Shown here piece by piece: positions 31,001 through 39,109 of a stretch of DNA of 55,553 nt. The DNA comes from a virus. Its lineage: Duplodnaviria; Caudoviricetes. The notes under the pieces were generated by a model. That model was given only the letters and a program-made list of their open reading frames with translations. It was not told the DNA's origin and ran no database searches. Every line of letters begins with the position of its first letter. Within the stretch, counting starts at the first letter, position 1. The position numbers were made by a program, and so were the translations under genes. The stretch lies in the IMG/VR virus record IMGVR_UViG_3300045526_000237, positions 1 to 55,553 of that record, one strand, 5' to 3'.

Positions 31001-31144
31001 CTAATTTTTTCCAGCATGTTTTTTACAAATACTGCGAGCATATGCTCTCGTCATAGAATCTACATTAGAACAAGATAAATTTTTTTCTCCACAATAGGGA
31101 CATTTAGAATCTGGTGGATCATTTGGATATTTAAATTTACTCAT
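31001..31144 (-). CDS. Small Cys-rich hypothetical protein (47 aa)
   Basis: MSKFKYPNDPPDSKCPYCGEK...; ATGA overlap with upstream gene. Confidence 0.5.
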   Translation of the reverse strand: MSKFKYPNDPPDSKCPYCGEKNLSCSNVDSMTRAYARSICKKHAGKN

Positions 31145-31416
31145 ACAATTACAGGATCTCCTTTTCCTTCAGAAAGTTTTTCTTTATATGAATTGAGCAC
31201 TTCTATCTTTCCAGCAGGAAGTCCAGTCTGTCCAGGAAGTTGATTATCAATTTTTGAAGAAATATCAATGACCTGATCCATTAAAAATCGATGGCGACTA
31301 TAGACTCTATTTGAAGGATCAAAATTAACCATCATTATTGCATCATTTATATCCGCACAATGACAAATAACTTTTCCGGTTTTATTATTTGTTACAATCC
31401 AATATTCGTTTATCAT
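31141..31416 (-). CDS. Hypothetical protein
   Basis: ORF in operon context. Confidence 0.6.
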   Translation of the reverse strand: MINEYWIVTNNKTGKVICHCADINDAIMMVNFDPSNRVYSRHRFLMDQVIDISSKIDNQLPGQTGLPAGKIEVLNSYKEKLSEGKGDPVIV

Positions 31417-31506
31417 TTAATTTCTTTTTTTGATTATGGTTTATGTAAAGACCTGGCCAAGTATCACGAATGATCTCGGCAAGTTTGTAAGGTGTCTCAG
31501 TTGTAA

Positions 31507-32541
31507 TCATCGAACGTGATGTCCTCCAAACATATATCTCATTCCATTCAGAATCTTGGCAGCGAAAGTGCCCAGATTGCGTGAATTAAATCTCTCATAA
31601 AGAGCAGTGGTGATGACAGGAGCGGGAACCCCCAGATCCACAGCGGCAGTAACAGTCCAACGACCCTCACCACTGTCGGATACTCCACCAGAGAATTGTT
31701 TAAGCTCTGGGCTGCGGCGCAACACATCAGCAGTAAGATCAAGTAACCAACTACTAACAACGCTACCGCGACGCCATAACTCAGCCACTTCAGCAACATC
31801 AATATCATAGCAGTAATTTTCTGGATCCGCCATCGGTGCGACTTCGGCATCCCCTTCCTTAACGTATCGTGCTCCATCGTTAGCATTTTTCAGAATATTG
31901 AAACCCTCTGCATATGCCTGCATCATACCATACTCGATGCCATTATGCACCATCTTCACAAAATGCCCTGCACCAGGGCCACCACAATGCAACCAACCAT
32001 GCTCTGCTGAGGTTATAGATGAGTCAAACTCAGTCCTCGTGGCAGAGTGGATGTCTGGAGAGAGGGCATCAAAAATGCTTTTACAAGTGGCGACTGCAGT
32101 ATTTCCACCACCAACCATAAGACAGTATCCACGATCCACACCGTAAATACCACCGCTAGTGCCACAATCAATATATTGGATACCCAATTTTGCCAAACGT
32201 TCTGCTCTCTTCCGACTGTCCTTAAAATTGCTATTGCCATGATCAATAATAATATCTCCTTCACCACAAAATCGTAGTAACTCATTAATCGTTTCCTCTA
32301 CTGTTTCTGCTGGAACAACCATCTGAAAAATTCCTGGTTGTGCCCCACCATTTTTATTTCTTTTAATTATTTTTACAAGAGTTTCAATATTAGCAGCATA
32401 TCCATAAATGTAACCTTTTTCAAAAGATTCATTTGCTTTTTCAAGATTTCTTCGATACCCCCACACTTCAATACCCGCTTTCATCATACGACGGGACATT
32501 CCTTCTCCCATTCGTCCTAGTCCAATTAATCCTACTCTCAT
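31507..32541 (-). CDS. gnd: 6-phosphogluconate dehydrogenase (decarboxylating)
   Basis: GLIGLGRMG, IIIDHGNS, DCGTSGG, GAGHFVKMVHNGIEYG, SGEGRWT, MRYMFGGH. Confidence 0.95.
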   Translation of the reverse strand: MRVGLIGLGRMGEGMSRRMMKAGIEVWGYRRNLEKANESFEKGYIYGYAANIETLVKIIKRNKNGGAQPGIFQMVVPAETVEETINELLRFCGEGDIIIDHGNSNFKDSRKRAERLAKLGIQYIDCGTSGGIYGVDRGYCLMVGGGNTAVATCKSIFDALSPDIHSATRTEFDSSITSAEHGWLHCGGPGAGHFVKMVHNGIEYGMMQAYAEGFNILKNANDGARYVKEGDAEVAPMADPENYCYDIDVAEVAELWRRGSVVSSWLLDLTADVLRRSPELKQFSGGVSDSGEGRWTVTAAVDLGVPAPVITTALYERFNSRNLGTFAAKILNGMRYMFGGHHVR

Positions 32542-32748
32542 TTAATTCTCCCATTCTTCATAAACTTTTCTGAAATATGCATCCAGATTGACTAAACTAT
32601 CTAGATGTATATTACAGATGTAATTATTATCGTCACACCATTGTAGTGCAATTTCATGAAATTTTTGTTCACACATCACTGTATTTACACCATAACTTCT
32701 AGCAAATGAGGACATTATGAAATTCCAACATTCATGTTCCTTTTTCAT
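32542..32748 (-). CDS. Hypothetical protein
   Basis: Coupled ORF between PTOX and gnd. Confidence 0.6.
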   Translation of the reverse strand: MKKEHECWNFIMSSFARSYGVNTVMCEQKFHEIALQWCDDNNYICNIHLDSLVNLDAYFRKVYEEWEN

Positions 32749-33248
32749 CGAACTAATTCCATTGCTCTAATAAGTTCAATATAATGATTCATTTCATCCA
32801 CTGATATACTAGCAATCTTTTCATCTTTTGGGTGTTTCCAAAGATACGATAAGTATGTCTCAGTTGCATGAAGTTCAATGCCTGCATTTAAATGATAAGC
32901 ATCCACAGCATCAATGAAATAATAAGCAACCATAATCCAGTAATAGACCAGAACCAAGTGCCAAGCAAATAAACGATCAATCCAACGATCAGCACCACCG
33001 ATGCTTTCCATATACTCCAGGTGTTCAGTTTCATTGACTGTCTGTGCAAAGTGTTCTTTCATCAGGTATAAGTGATCTTCTCCCCTTAATCCTAATGATT
33101 CTCTTAAATGAAGAACACTTAAAAATGCAAAGTAAGGTGCCCTAGCAATAGTCTCCAGAACCCAAAATCTTTGTATTGGATGATTACGATACAGAAAATC
33201 TATGATTGATATAGTAAATGATAAAACTATATTATTAAACTTTTTCAT
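32745..33248 (-). CDS. ptoX: Plastoquinol terminal oxidase
   Basis: RFWVLETIARAPYFAF, NETEHL, E.HA.ETY, DEMNH di-iron ligands. Confidence 0.92.
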   Translation of the reverse strand: MKKFNNIVLSFTISIIDFLYRNHPIQRFWVLETIARAPYFAFLSVLHLRESLGLRGEDHLYLMKEHFAQTVNETEHLEYMESIGGADRWIDRLFAWHLVLVYYWIMVAYYFIDAVDAYHLNAGIELHATETYLSYLWKHPKDEKIASISVDEMNHYIELIRAMELVR

Positions 33249-33909
33249 TTTCCTCTTTGATCTTTAAAACTTCGTTCCAATCTTTTTCAAACAAATTTAA
33301 TCCCATTTCAGTCATTATATTATTATACATTGACCAAAATACAACTGGGGGTATTGTTACGACATTTGTTCCCGATAATGCAGATTGCTCAACTTGTCTC
33401 ACATCTCGAATAGAAGCTGCAAGAATTTGTGTAGATGTTTTAGAGTAATCAAATGCCTGACGAATATTTTTAAGTAATCCAATACCATCAATAGAATTAT
33501 CCATCCATCTTCCTACGAATGGTGAAATATAAGTTGCTCCTGCTTTTGATGCCAGAATTGCCTGGGAAACTGAAAACACCAGAGTTACATTTGTTTTAAT
33601 TCCTTTATCAGAAAGAAACTTACATGCCTTTAACCCTTCTATTGTGCAAGGAACTTTAATTGTAATATTGGAAGAAATTGAATAATAATTTTTTGCCTCA
33701 GAAAGCATTTCTTCTGATGTATTTGCAACAACTTCTGCAGAAATACTTTCTAAATCCGGAAACGAAGATGAAATTTCTTGTATAACTTCATTAAGTTGTC
33801 TACCACTTTTGAGAATTAAACTAGGATTTGTAGTGACTCCATCTAATAATCCTGTTCTATACGCTGACTCGATGAGTGAAACATCTGCAGTATCTAAAAA
33901 GATCTTCAT
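33235..33909 (-). CDS. talC: Transaldolase (TalC/FSA family)
   Basis: IFLDTA, GVTTNPS, IKVP, TNVTLVFS, YISPFVGR, ILAASIR. Confidence 0.95.
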   Translation of the reverse strand: MKIFLDTADVSLIESAYRTGLLDGVTTNPSLILKSGRQLNEVIQEISSSFPDLESISAEVVANTSEEMLSEAKNYYSISSNITIKVPCTIEGLKACKFLSDKGIKTNVTLVFSVSQAILASKAGATYISPFVGRWMDNSIDGIGLLKNIRQAFDYSKTSTQILAASIRDVRQVEQSALSGTNVVTIPPVVFWSMYNNIMTEMGLNLFEKDWNEVLKIKEENEKV

Positions 33910-33986
33910 ATAAAAAGAAAGAACTCCTTATTAATTATAAGAAGTTCTTATTTGAGAATGAACTTTGTTACGATTTTAAGATAATA

Positions 33987-34346
33987 TCACTCGGACACTT
34001 CTTCAACAGCAGGTGCTTCTTCAGCAACTACTTCTTCAGCAGGAGCAGCAGGTTCTTCATGAAGTGCTTCAACGGATCTCAGAACCTCTTCCAGAGCAGC
34101 GTCCTCAGCAGCATCAGCATCTACAAGACCCTGAAGGCGTGCAGATTCTGCAGCAGCGGCATCAGCAGCGGATCTGGCGGTTGCTGCTTCCTCTTGAGCA
34201 GCAGCAACAGCAGCAGCGTCAGCAGCGTCAGCAGCAAGAGCAGCAGCAAGTCTTTCTCTAAGATCTGCATTTTCGGCAAGAAGAACTTCATGCTCTCCTC
34301 TTAAAATAGAAATAACTCTATGTACACGAGCAGCGAAATTTGCCAT
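33987..34346 (-). CDS. Ala/Glu-rich coiled-coil protein
   Basis: Likely start MANFAAR; low-complexity helical sequence. Confidence 0.6.
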   Translation of the reverse strand: MANFAARVHRVISILRGEHEVLLAENADLRERLAAALAADAADAAAVAAAQEEAATARSAADAAAAESARLQGLVDADAAEDAALEEVLRSVEALHEEPAAPAEEVVAEEAPAVEEVSE

Positions 34347-34443
34347 GATTTTTCTAAGCGATGGGAATTTTATTAACATAATGTGAATTATGTCATTTTA
34401 ATTATTTAGAGAAATGACACTAATTTTTAATATTAAGTTACCA

Positions 34444-34578
34444 TCAAGGGTTATGATTTTTGTTCTCTTTAATTTTAGTATATCCCCAGACTGCTAGGGA
34501 ACCAATACCGAGTCCTACCAAGCAACAGACTAACATATGAATTAAATGAATACAAGTTGAATGATCGTGATTATGCAT
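34444..34578 (-). CDS. 44-aa His/Cys-rich single-pass membrane peptide
   Basis: MHNHDHSTCIHLIHMLVCCLVGLGIGSLAVWGYTKIKENKNHNP; TAATG overlap with petE stop. Confidence 0.6.
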   Translation of the reverse strand: MHNHDHSTCIHLIHMLVCCLVGLGIGSLAVWGYTKIKENKNHNP

Positions 34579-34901
34579 TATGAAACATGTACATGTCCAA
34601 TCATACCCGCACTTTTGTGAGGGTCACACCAGAAAGTATAGTCCCCTGCCTCTGGAAAAGCAATATCAAAACTCTCTCCGCCAGCAAATGCTAACCCAGT
34701 ATGTGAGAGTTCTGGGTGGTCTTCAACAATGACGTTATGAGGTGGAAGCATACCATTGACGAAGTGAATTGACTCACCAGCAGCAATAGAGACTTCTGCT
34801 GGTTCAAAAATAAGATTGCCGTTTGCCCCCATTGTTACATCCACTGCCCAAGCAGGAAGAGTGAAAAAAAGTGATGCAAATAGTGCTAGAAGAAACTTCA
34901 T
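34578..34901 (-). CDS. petE: Plastocyanin
   Basis: Signal peptide (AWA), PHN, C-x-P-H-x3-GM copper ligands. Confidence 0.95.
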   Translation of the reverse strand: MKFLLALFASLFFTLPAWAVDVTMGANGNLIFEPAEVSIAAGESIHFVNGMLPPHNVIVEDHPELSHTGLAFAGGESFDIAFPEAGDYTFWCDPHKSAGMIGHVHVS

Positions 34902-34928
34902 AAAAGTTTATGTAACTACATTATCTAT

Positions 34929-34954
34929 AAAAAAAGAGGGTCCAAAGACCCTCT
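34929..34954 (-). terminator. Intrinsic terminator
   Basis: AGAGGGTC-TTTG-GACCCTCT followed by a T run. Confidence 0.8.
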
Positions 34955-35005
34955 CTGTTAGAGTTTTCTAACTTATATCAACCGACAATACTTTGTCTCC
35001 ACTCT

Positions 35006-35089
35006 TCACTCATATTCACCATCAATCAGTCCAGTCTCATATGCTGGGCGAATGAGGTCTACATCTGCGGTATCAAGAAAGATTTTCAT
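35006..35089 (-). pseudogene. talC: Truncated second transaldolase (N-terminal 24 codons) fused to the tail of another gene
   Basis: MKIFLDTADVDLIRPAYETGLIDG-EYE*, matching the start of 33235..33909. Confidence 0.8.
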
Positions 35090-35325
35090 TTGGTTTCTTC
35101 AATAAACATTTTTGTAATACTAAAACTATGTTCACTAATAGATGGTCTTTTCTCCATATAAAGAATATATTTTCTTCCATCTTCCTGACAATGTGGATTT
35201 TGAAGTTGTTCTTCAATTCCTTCCATTGACTTGTAGATATAAGTACTAGTTTTTGGTTCATCTTCTGGAAAGGTTGCAAAGGCATCTTCCAGTGTTTTGA
35301 TTTGTTCTTGTGTGAGTTGGTTCAT
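35086..35325 (-). CDS. Hypothetical protein
   Basis: ORF with RBS (AAGGGGA); stop overlaps the talC remnant ATG. Confidence 0.55.
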   Translation of the reverse strand: MNQLTQEQIKTLEDAFATFPEDEPKTSTYIYKSMEGIEEQLQNPHCQEDGRKYILYMEKRPSISEHSFSITKMFIEETK

Positions 35326-35347
35326 AGTTCATTCCCTTTAAAATTTA

Positions 35348-35566
35348 TCAACACCTATACATTTCATTACCACCATGAATACTATTTAACACTGTTTGTT
35401 GTTTTGGTGGTCCTGCTTGTGGGTCAATGTCGTGCTTAAAGACCAGTGCAAGATGCCTCTGAATGACCTCTACCTGCTCTCCTGAGAGGGAGTTCCCAGG
35501 TTTTGATGATGCCTGGTCCAGTTCAAAATAACCCTGTAACCAATAACAAAATTCTGTTGCTTTCAT
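35348..35566 (-). CDS. Phage hypothetical protein
   Basis: FCYWLQGYFEL...I..HL.LVF motif; likely start MKATEF. Confidence 0.6.
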   Translation of the reverse strand: MKATEFCYWLQGYFELDQASSKPGNSLSGEQVEVIQRHLALVFKHDIDPQAGPPKQQTVLNSIHGGNEMYRC

Positions 35567-35613
35567 AATGCTTTGCGTCTTTGTGAGTATTTTAGCGTAC
35601 TTTGGGTTTTGTG

Positions 35614-36024
35614 TCAAAAAGGATTGTGTTTGTTTAGGTACTTTATCATTTCTGCGAGCAATTCAACATTATCTCCAACTTGTCCCAAAACCATATTGCA
35701 GTTTCTACAAAGAAGTTGACGGACATTTCCAGTCTTATGGTCGTGGTCTACACAGAGTTTCTTCCACTTCCCATCACCTTCACCTTTACAAATAGCACAG
35801 ACACCATTTTGTTCTTCAAACATTTGAGTATGTTCTTGAAGAGTTATACCATAGTTTCTCTTTAAATGTGCATCAAACCACATAACAGGTTTATGTGCTT
35901 CTTTAACTTGCTTCACTTTACAGTTTTTACAATATCCAGCAACACCATATTTACCCCTTTCTTTTTTATAGAAATCTGAAACTGGTTTTTCTATTTGGCA
36001 TTTAGAACAGAGTTTAGTTTGCAT
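35614..36024 (-). CDS. Free-standing homing endonuclease, Endonuclease VII family (F-CphI-like)
   Basis: CAIC...VDHDHKTGNVRQLLCRNCN (DHHRN-type motif), N-terminal Zn-finger Cys pairs; directly downstream of intron-containing psbA as in S-PM2. Confidence 0.85.
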   Translation of the reverse strand: MQTKLCSKCQIEKPVSDFYKKERGKYGVAGYCKNCKVKQVKEAHKPVMWFDAHLKRNYGITLQEHTQMFEEQNGVCAICKGEGDGKWKKLCVDHDHKTGNVRQLLCRNCNMVLGQVGDNVELLAEMIKYLNKHNPF

Positions 36025-36056
36025 AAAAAAAGAGGGAAAGTTTCCCTCTTATTTAG
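36025..36056 (-). terminator. psbA terminator overlapped by late promoter box
   Basis: CTAAATAAGAGGGAAACTTTCCCTCTTTTTTT-ATG. Confidence 0.7.
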
Positions 36057-36075
36057 TATTCAGTTTTTAAGAAAC

Positions 36076-37365
36076 TCAACCAATAGTAGGAGCAGTAAGT
36101 GCAACAGGAGTTGCTTCTGCTGCTGCTAGGTCAAGAGGAAAATTGTGAGCATTCCTTGTGTTTTAACCTTTGTCGCCAAAGGGAGCGGACTATATCATCA
36201 CTCATAAGAGTGTCGGACGCTAGTGGCGTATTACGGATGAAGCGTCATCCACCGCCTAGTCTCTGAACCTTCCTTACACGCTTGCAAGGCTTGGCTGCTG
36301 ATTGTCTACAAGAGAGTTCCAGCAATTCATCCGATTTAACGAGCGCCATGCGTTCACAAAACGCTCGTGCATCACTTCAAAACCAAGATTAGCACGGTTC
36401 AGAATATCTGCCCAAGTGTTAATCACACGACCGTCAGAAGACAGTAGGGACTGGTTGAAGTTAAATCCGTTGAGATTAAAAGCCATCGTAGAAACACCAA
36501 GAGCAGCGAACCAGATGCCTACAACAGGCCAGGCAGCAAGGAAGAAGTGAAGACTGCGGGAGTTATTGAAGGAAGCATATTGGAAAATAAGGCGACCAAA
36601 ATAACCATGAGCGGCAACAATGTTATAAGTTTCTTCTTCTTGACCGAACTTATAACCGTAGTTTTGGGATTCGGTTTCAGTAGTCTCACGAACCAACGAA
36701 GAGGTCACAAGTGAACCGTGCATCGCTGAAAAGAGTGAACCACCGAAGACACCTGCTACTCCCGCCATGTGAAAAGGATGCATAAGAATGTTATGTTCTG
36801 CTTGGAAGACGAGCATGTAATTGAACGTGCCCGAAATACCGAGAGGCATACCATCAGAGAAAGAACCTTGACCAAAAGGATACACCAGGAATACGGCAGT
36901 TGCAGCAGCGACGGGAGCACTGTAAGCAACGAAAATCCAAGGACGCATACCAAGTCGGTAAGAAAGTTCCCATTCACGACCCATATAGCAGAAGACGCCA
37001 ATGAGGAAGTGGAACACTACCAGTTGATAAGGACCACCATTGTAGAGCCATTCATCAAGACTTGCTGCTTCCCAAATAGGATAGAAGTGAAGTCCAATAG
37101 CGTTGCTTGAAGGAACAACAGCACCAGAAATGATGTTGTTTCCGTACATAAGAGAACCAGCAACTGGTTCGCGGATGCCATCAATGTCTACAGGAGGTGC
37201 AGCAATGAAGGCGACGATGAAACAAATCGTTGCGGCAAGCAACGTTGGAATCATCAGAGTACCGAACCAACCAACATAAAGGCGGTTGTTCGTTGAAGTA
37301 ACCCACTGGCAAAACTGTTCCCAGGAGTTATTATTAGATCGTTGTTGAGCAATTGTAGCAGTCAT
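36076..37365 (-). CDS. psbA: Photosystem II D1 protein, spliced: exon 1 37365-36361, exon 2 36153-36076 (360 aa; Glu130 high-light type)
   Basis: Near-canonical D1; exon 1 ends GFEVMHER, exon 2 [25 protein letters not shown]. Confidence 0.97.
36154..36360 (-). mobile_element. ORF-less group I intron (207 nt) in psbA
   Basis: Exon CGAGCGU pairs with IGS GCGCUCG (U.G at 5' splice site); P AAUUGCUGGAAC, Q AAUCAGCAGCC, R GUUCAGAGACUA, S AUGAUAUAGUCC; terminal G; removal restores the frame. Confidence 0.95.
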
Positions 37366-37384
37366 TTGTTTTTAAAAAGAAATA

Positions 37385-37508
37385 AGTATGAGTATAGGGA
37401 TTACTCTTTTACATTATTTCCTTCACTACCCTCAAGTGAAGGTATAATAAGAGACATTTTTTACTTGCCTAGTCTCGGTAAGGAGTTATCGTCCCTTTTC
37501 GGCAAGTC
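37385..37508 (-). ncRNA. Structured psbA leader, PhotoRC-II-like
   Basis: ACTTGCC/GGCAAGT and GAGAC/GTCTC pairings; hairpins CCTTCACT..AGTGAAGG and GAGTA..TACTC with complementary loops AGGG/CCCT; family assignment from memory. Confidence 0.55.
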
Positions 37509-37548
37509 ACAGAGTTGAAAAGTTGTTACATTTCTTAACCCGTTGATG

Positions 37549-37583
37549 TATTTATCATAACACTGAAGGTAAAGACCTGTCAA
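37549..37583 (-). promoter_or_regulatory. psbA sigma70 promoter with overlapping late box
   Basis: TTGACA-18-TATGAT then AAATA. Confidence 0.7.
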
Positions 37584-37735
37584 GCCCTGTACTCTTCGAT
37601 CTTATCCAAGACTCTATTGAGATACTTGTGAGCAAGTGCCTTTGGATCCGAAGTCCACCCCTCTTTATCTAAATCCTTTTTTATTTTTAAAATCTGAATT
37701 TTGATTTCTTCTTTAGTAAGTTGCCCTCTTGGCAT
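37580..37735 (-). CDS. Small hypothetical protein (51 aa)
   Basis: MPRGQLTKEEIK...AHKYLNRVLDKIEEYRA; below ORF-track cutoff. Confidence 0.65.
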   Translation of the reverse strand: MPRGQLTKEEIKIQILKIKKDLDKEGWTSDPKALAHKYLNRVLDKIEEYRA

Positions 37736-37741
37736 AACAAC

Positions 37742-37776
37742 AAAAAAACTCTGCCTCTTATTTAGAGGCAGAGTTT
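37742..37776 (-). terminator. Intrinsic terminator with TAAATA across the loop
   Basis: AAACTCTGCCTCT-AAATA-AGAGGCAGAGTTTTTTT. Confidence 0.8.
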
Positions 37777-37795
37777 AAAGATTATTACTTACAAA

Positions 37796-38323
37796 TCAAA
37801 CAAGTTCTAATTCAAGAACAGTAGATCGTACATAATCTAGTACCCTTTGAGGAGTTGTTTCCAGATAGGGATCGTCGGTTGCATTGTCGCACATACCATC
37901 TTCAATGAAAAGTTTTTGGATGATTCCATTATCCACGACCATAGCATAACGCCAAGAGCGATCACCGAAACCAAGGTTAGACTTATTGACGAGCATACCC
38001 ATAGAACGTGTAAAATATGCATTACCATCAGGAATGAGTTTTACATTTTTGATGTTCTGGTCTTGTGCCCAGGCATTCATCGTAAAAGCGTCATTAACAG
38101 AAATGCAATAAATAGCATCAATGCCAAGATCCCTGAATGTTCCATAGTTCTCTTCAAATCCTGGAAGTTGATAGGCACTACAAGTCGGAGTAAATGCACC
38201 AGGGAGTGAAAAAACTACAACTTTCTTATCATCAAAAAGATCTTTTGAGGTGCGAGTTACAAATTCACCTGCTTCACGAAATACAAATTCTACTTGAGGA
38301 ATTTCATATCCTTCTTTACGCAT
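37796..38323 (-). CDS. Peroxiredoxin (Prx5/type II)
   Basis: LPGAFTPTCS, SVNDAFTMNAW, IPDGN, RSWRYAM; GGAGG RBS before MRKEG. Confidence 0.92.
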   Translation of the reverse strand: MRKEGYEIPQVEFVFREAGEFVTRTSKDLFDDKKVVVFSLPGAFTPTCSAYQLPGFEENYGTFRDLGIDAIYCISVNDAFTMNAWAQDQNIKNVKLIPDGNAYFTRSMGMLVNKSNLGFGDRSWRYAMVVDNGIIQKLFIEDGMCDNATDDPYLETTPQRVLDYVRSTVLELELV

Positions 38324-38334
38324 AGTAACCTCCA

Positions 38335-38454
38335 TCACCAAATTCCTGGAATTACTTGCCCAGTTACCAGATAAGAACCAGCAGCAGCAATGAATCCCAT
38401 CATAGCAAGACGACCGTTCCAACGCTCAGCAGTTTCAGTAAAGATTTTTTCCAT
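38335..38454 (-). CDS. hli: High-light-inducible protein (39 aa)
   Basis: MEKIFTETAERWNGRLAMMGFIAAAGSYLVTGQVIPGIW; missed by ORF track. Confidence 0.92.
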   Translation of the reverse strand: MEKIFTETAERWNGRLAMMGFIAAAGSYLVTGQVIPGIW

Positions 38455-38726
38455 TAGTTTTCTCCTTTGTAAAAATGTTGTTGTTTAAGTTCGGGGTTGG
38501 GTTGAGAAGGAACTACGGGGTTCCTTGATTTATTTTTTATGATGATGAAAGCATCATTTTGATAAGATACAGTTCCAAATGGTTTTGCCAATTTGGCATT
38601 TGCATCTGGGTGTGTGGCAGTTCCTGTGACTGCTACACCACCAATCTCAACGACAATTTCATCATCATTTGACCATCCAAGTTTTTCAAGAGCAATTGCA
38701 AATTGCCCGAGCATACCAGCACTCAT
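38454..38726 (-). CDS. Hypothetical protein
   Basis: Coupled ORF between hli genes. Confidence 0.7.
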   Translation of the reverse strand: MSAGMLGQFAIALEKLGWSNDDEIVVEIGGVAVTGTATHPDANAKLAKPFGTVSYQNDAFIIIKNKSRNPVVPSQPNPELKQQHFYKGEN

Positions 38727-38812
38727 CAGTAAGTTTCGCAGACTTTCTCTACAGAATAACTCAGAAGCACCAAAAATGCAACCCCAGTGATGGTAAAGAT
38801 TACTTCAGTCAT
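38726..38812 (-). CDS. 28-aa membrane peptide
   Basis: MTEVIFTITGVAFLVLLSYSVEKVCETY; TGATG overlaps at both ends. Confidence 0.6.
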   Translation of the reverse strand: MTEVIFTITGVAFLVLLSYSVEKVCETY

Positions 38813-39006
38813 CAGAAGATCCCGAAGAAGAAGTTGCCAGTGATAGCATAAGAAATAACACCAGCAACAAAACCGACCATAGCCCAGCGTCCATTAGTTC
38901 GCTCTTTGACTTGATTGGGAGTCAACATACCATAATTTTGGTAGTACATTGTGGGTTCTTTTGCCCACATATTTTGTTGTCCGTACTCATTCGTTGTTAC
39001 AGTCAT
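38812..39006 (-). CDS. hli: High-light-inducible protein (64 aa)
   Basis: NMWAKEP N-terminus, ERTNGRWAMVGF, TGNFFFGIF. Confidence 0.9.
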   Translation of the reverse strand: MTVTTNEYGQQNMWAKEPTMYYQNYGMLTPNQVKERTNGRWAMVGFVAGVISYAITGNFFFGIF

Positions 39007-39012
39007 ATAAGT

Positions 39013-39062
39013 TTTGTAAAGAACTGTTACAGTAGTATATAGTAGAAAGGGGGTCATGTCAA
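39013..39062 (-). promoter_or_regulatory. Sigma70 promoter for hli operon with HLR1-like (RpaB) box downstream of -10
   Basis: TTGACA-17-TATACT; GTAACAGT-TC-TTTACAAA at 39030-39013. Confidence 0.65.
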
Positions 39063-39109
39063 CCCCCCCCTTTGTCAGGACTTCTTAACTTTATAAGTAT
39101 AAATGCTTA

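Noticed and set aside
36274-37365. 363-aa psbA ORF as given in the track
   Set aside because: Its C-terminus is read-through into the group I intron; the true end is exon 2
37796-38422. Extended N-termini in the track (peroxiredoxin, 14758..15156, 14007..14795, 3224..3976, 41445..42314, porin)
   Set aside because: Extensions overlap real upstream genes or leaders; downstream ATGs fit RBS or family starts better
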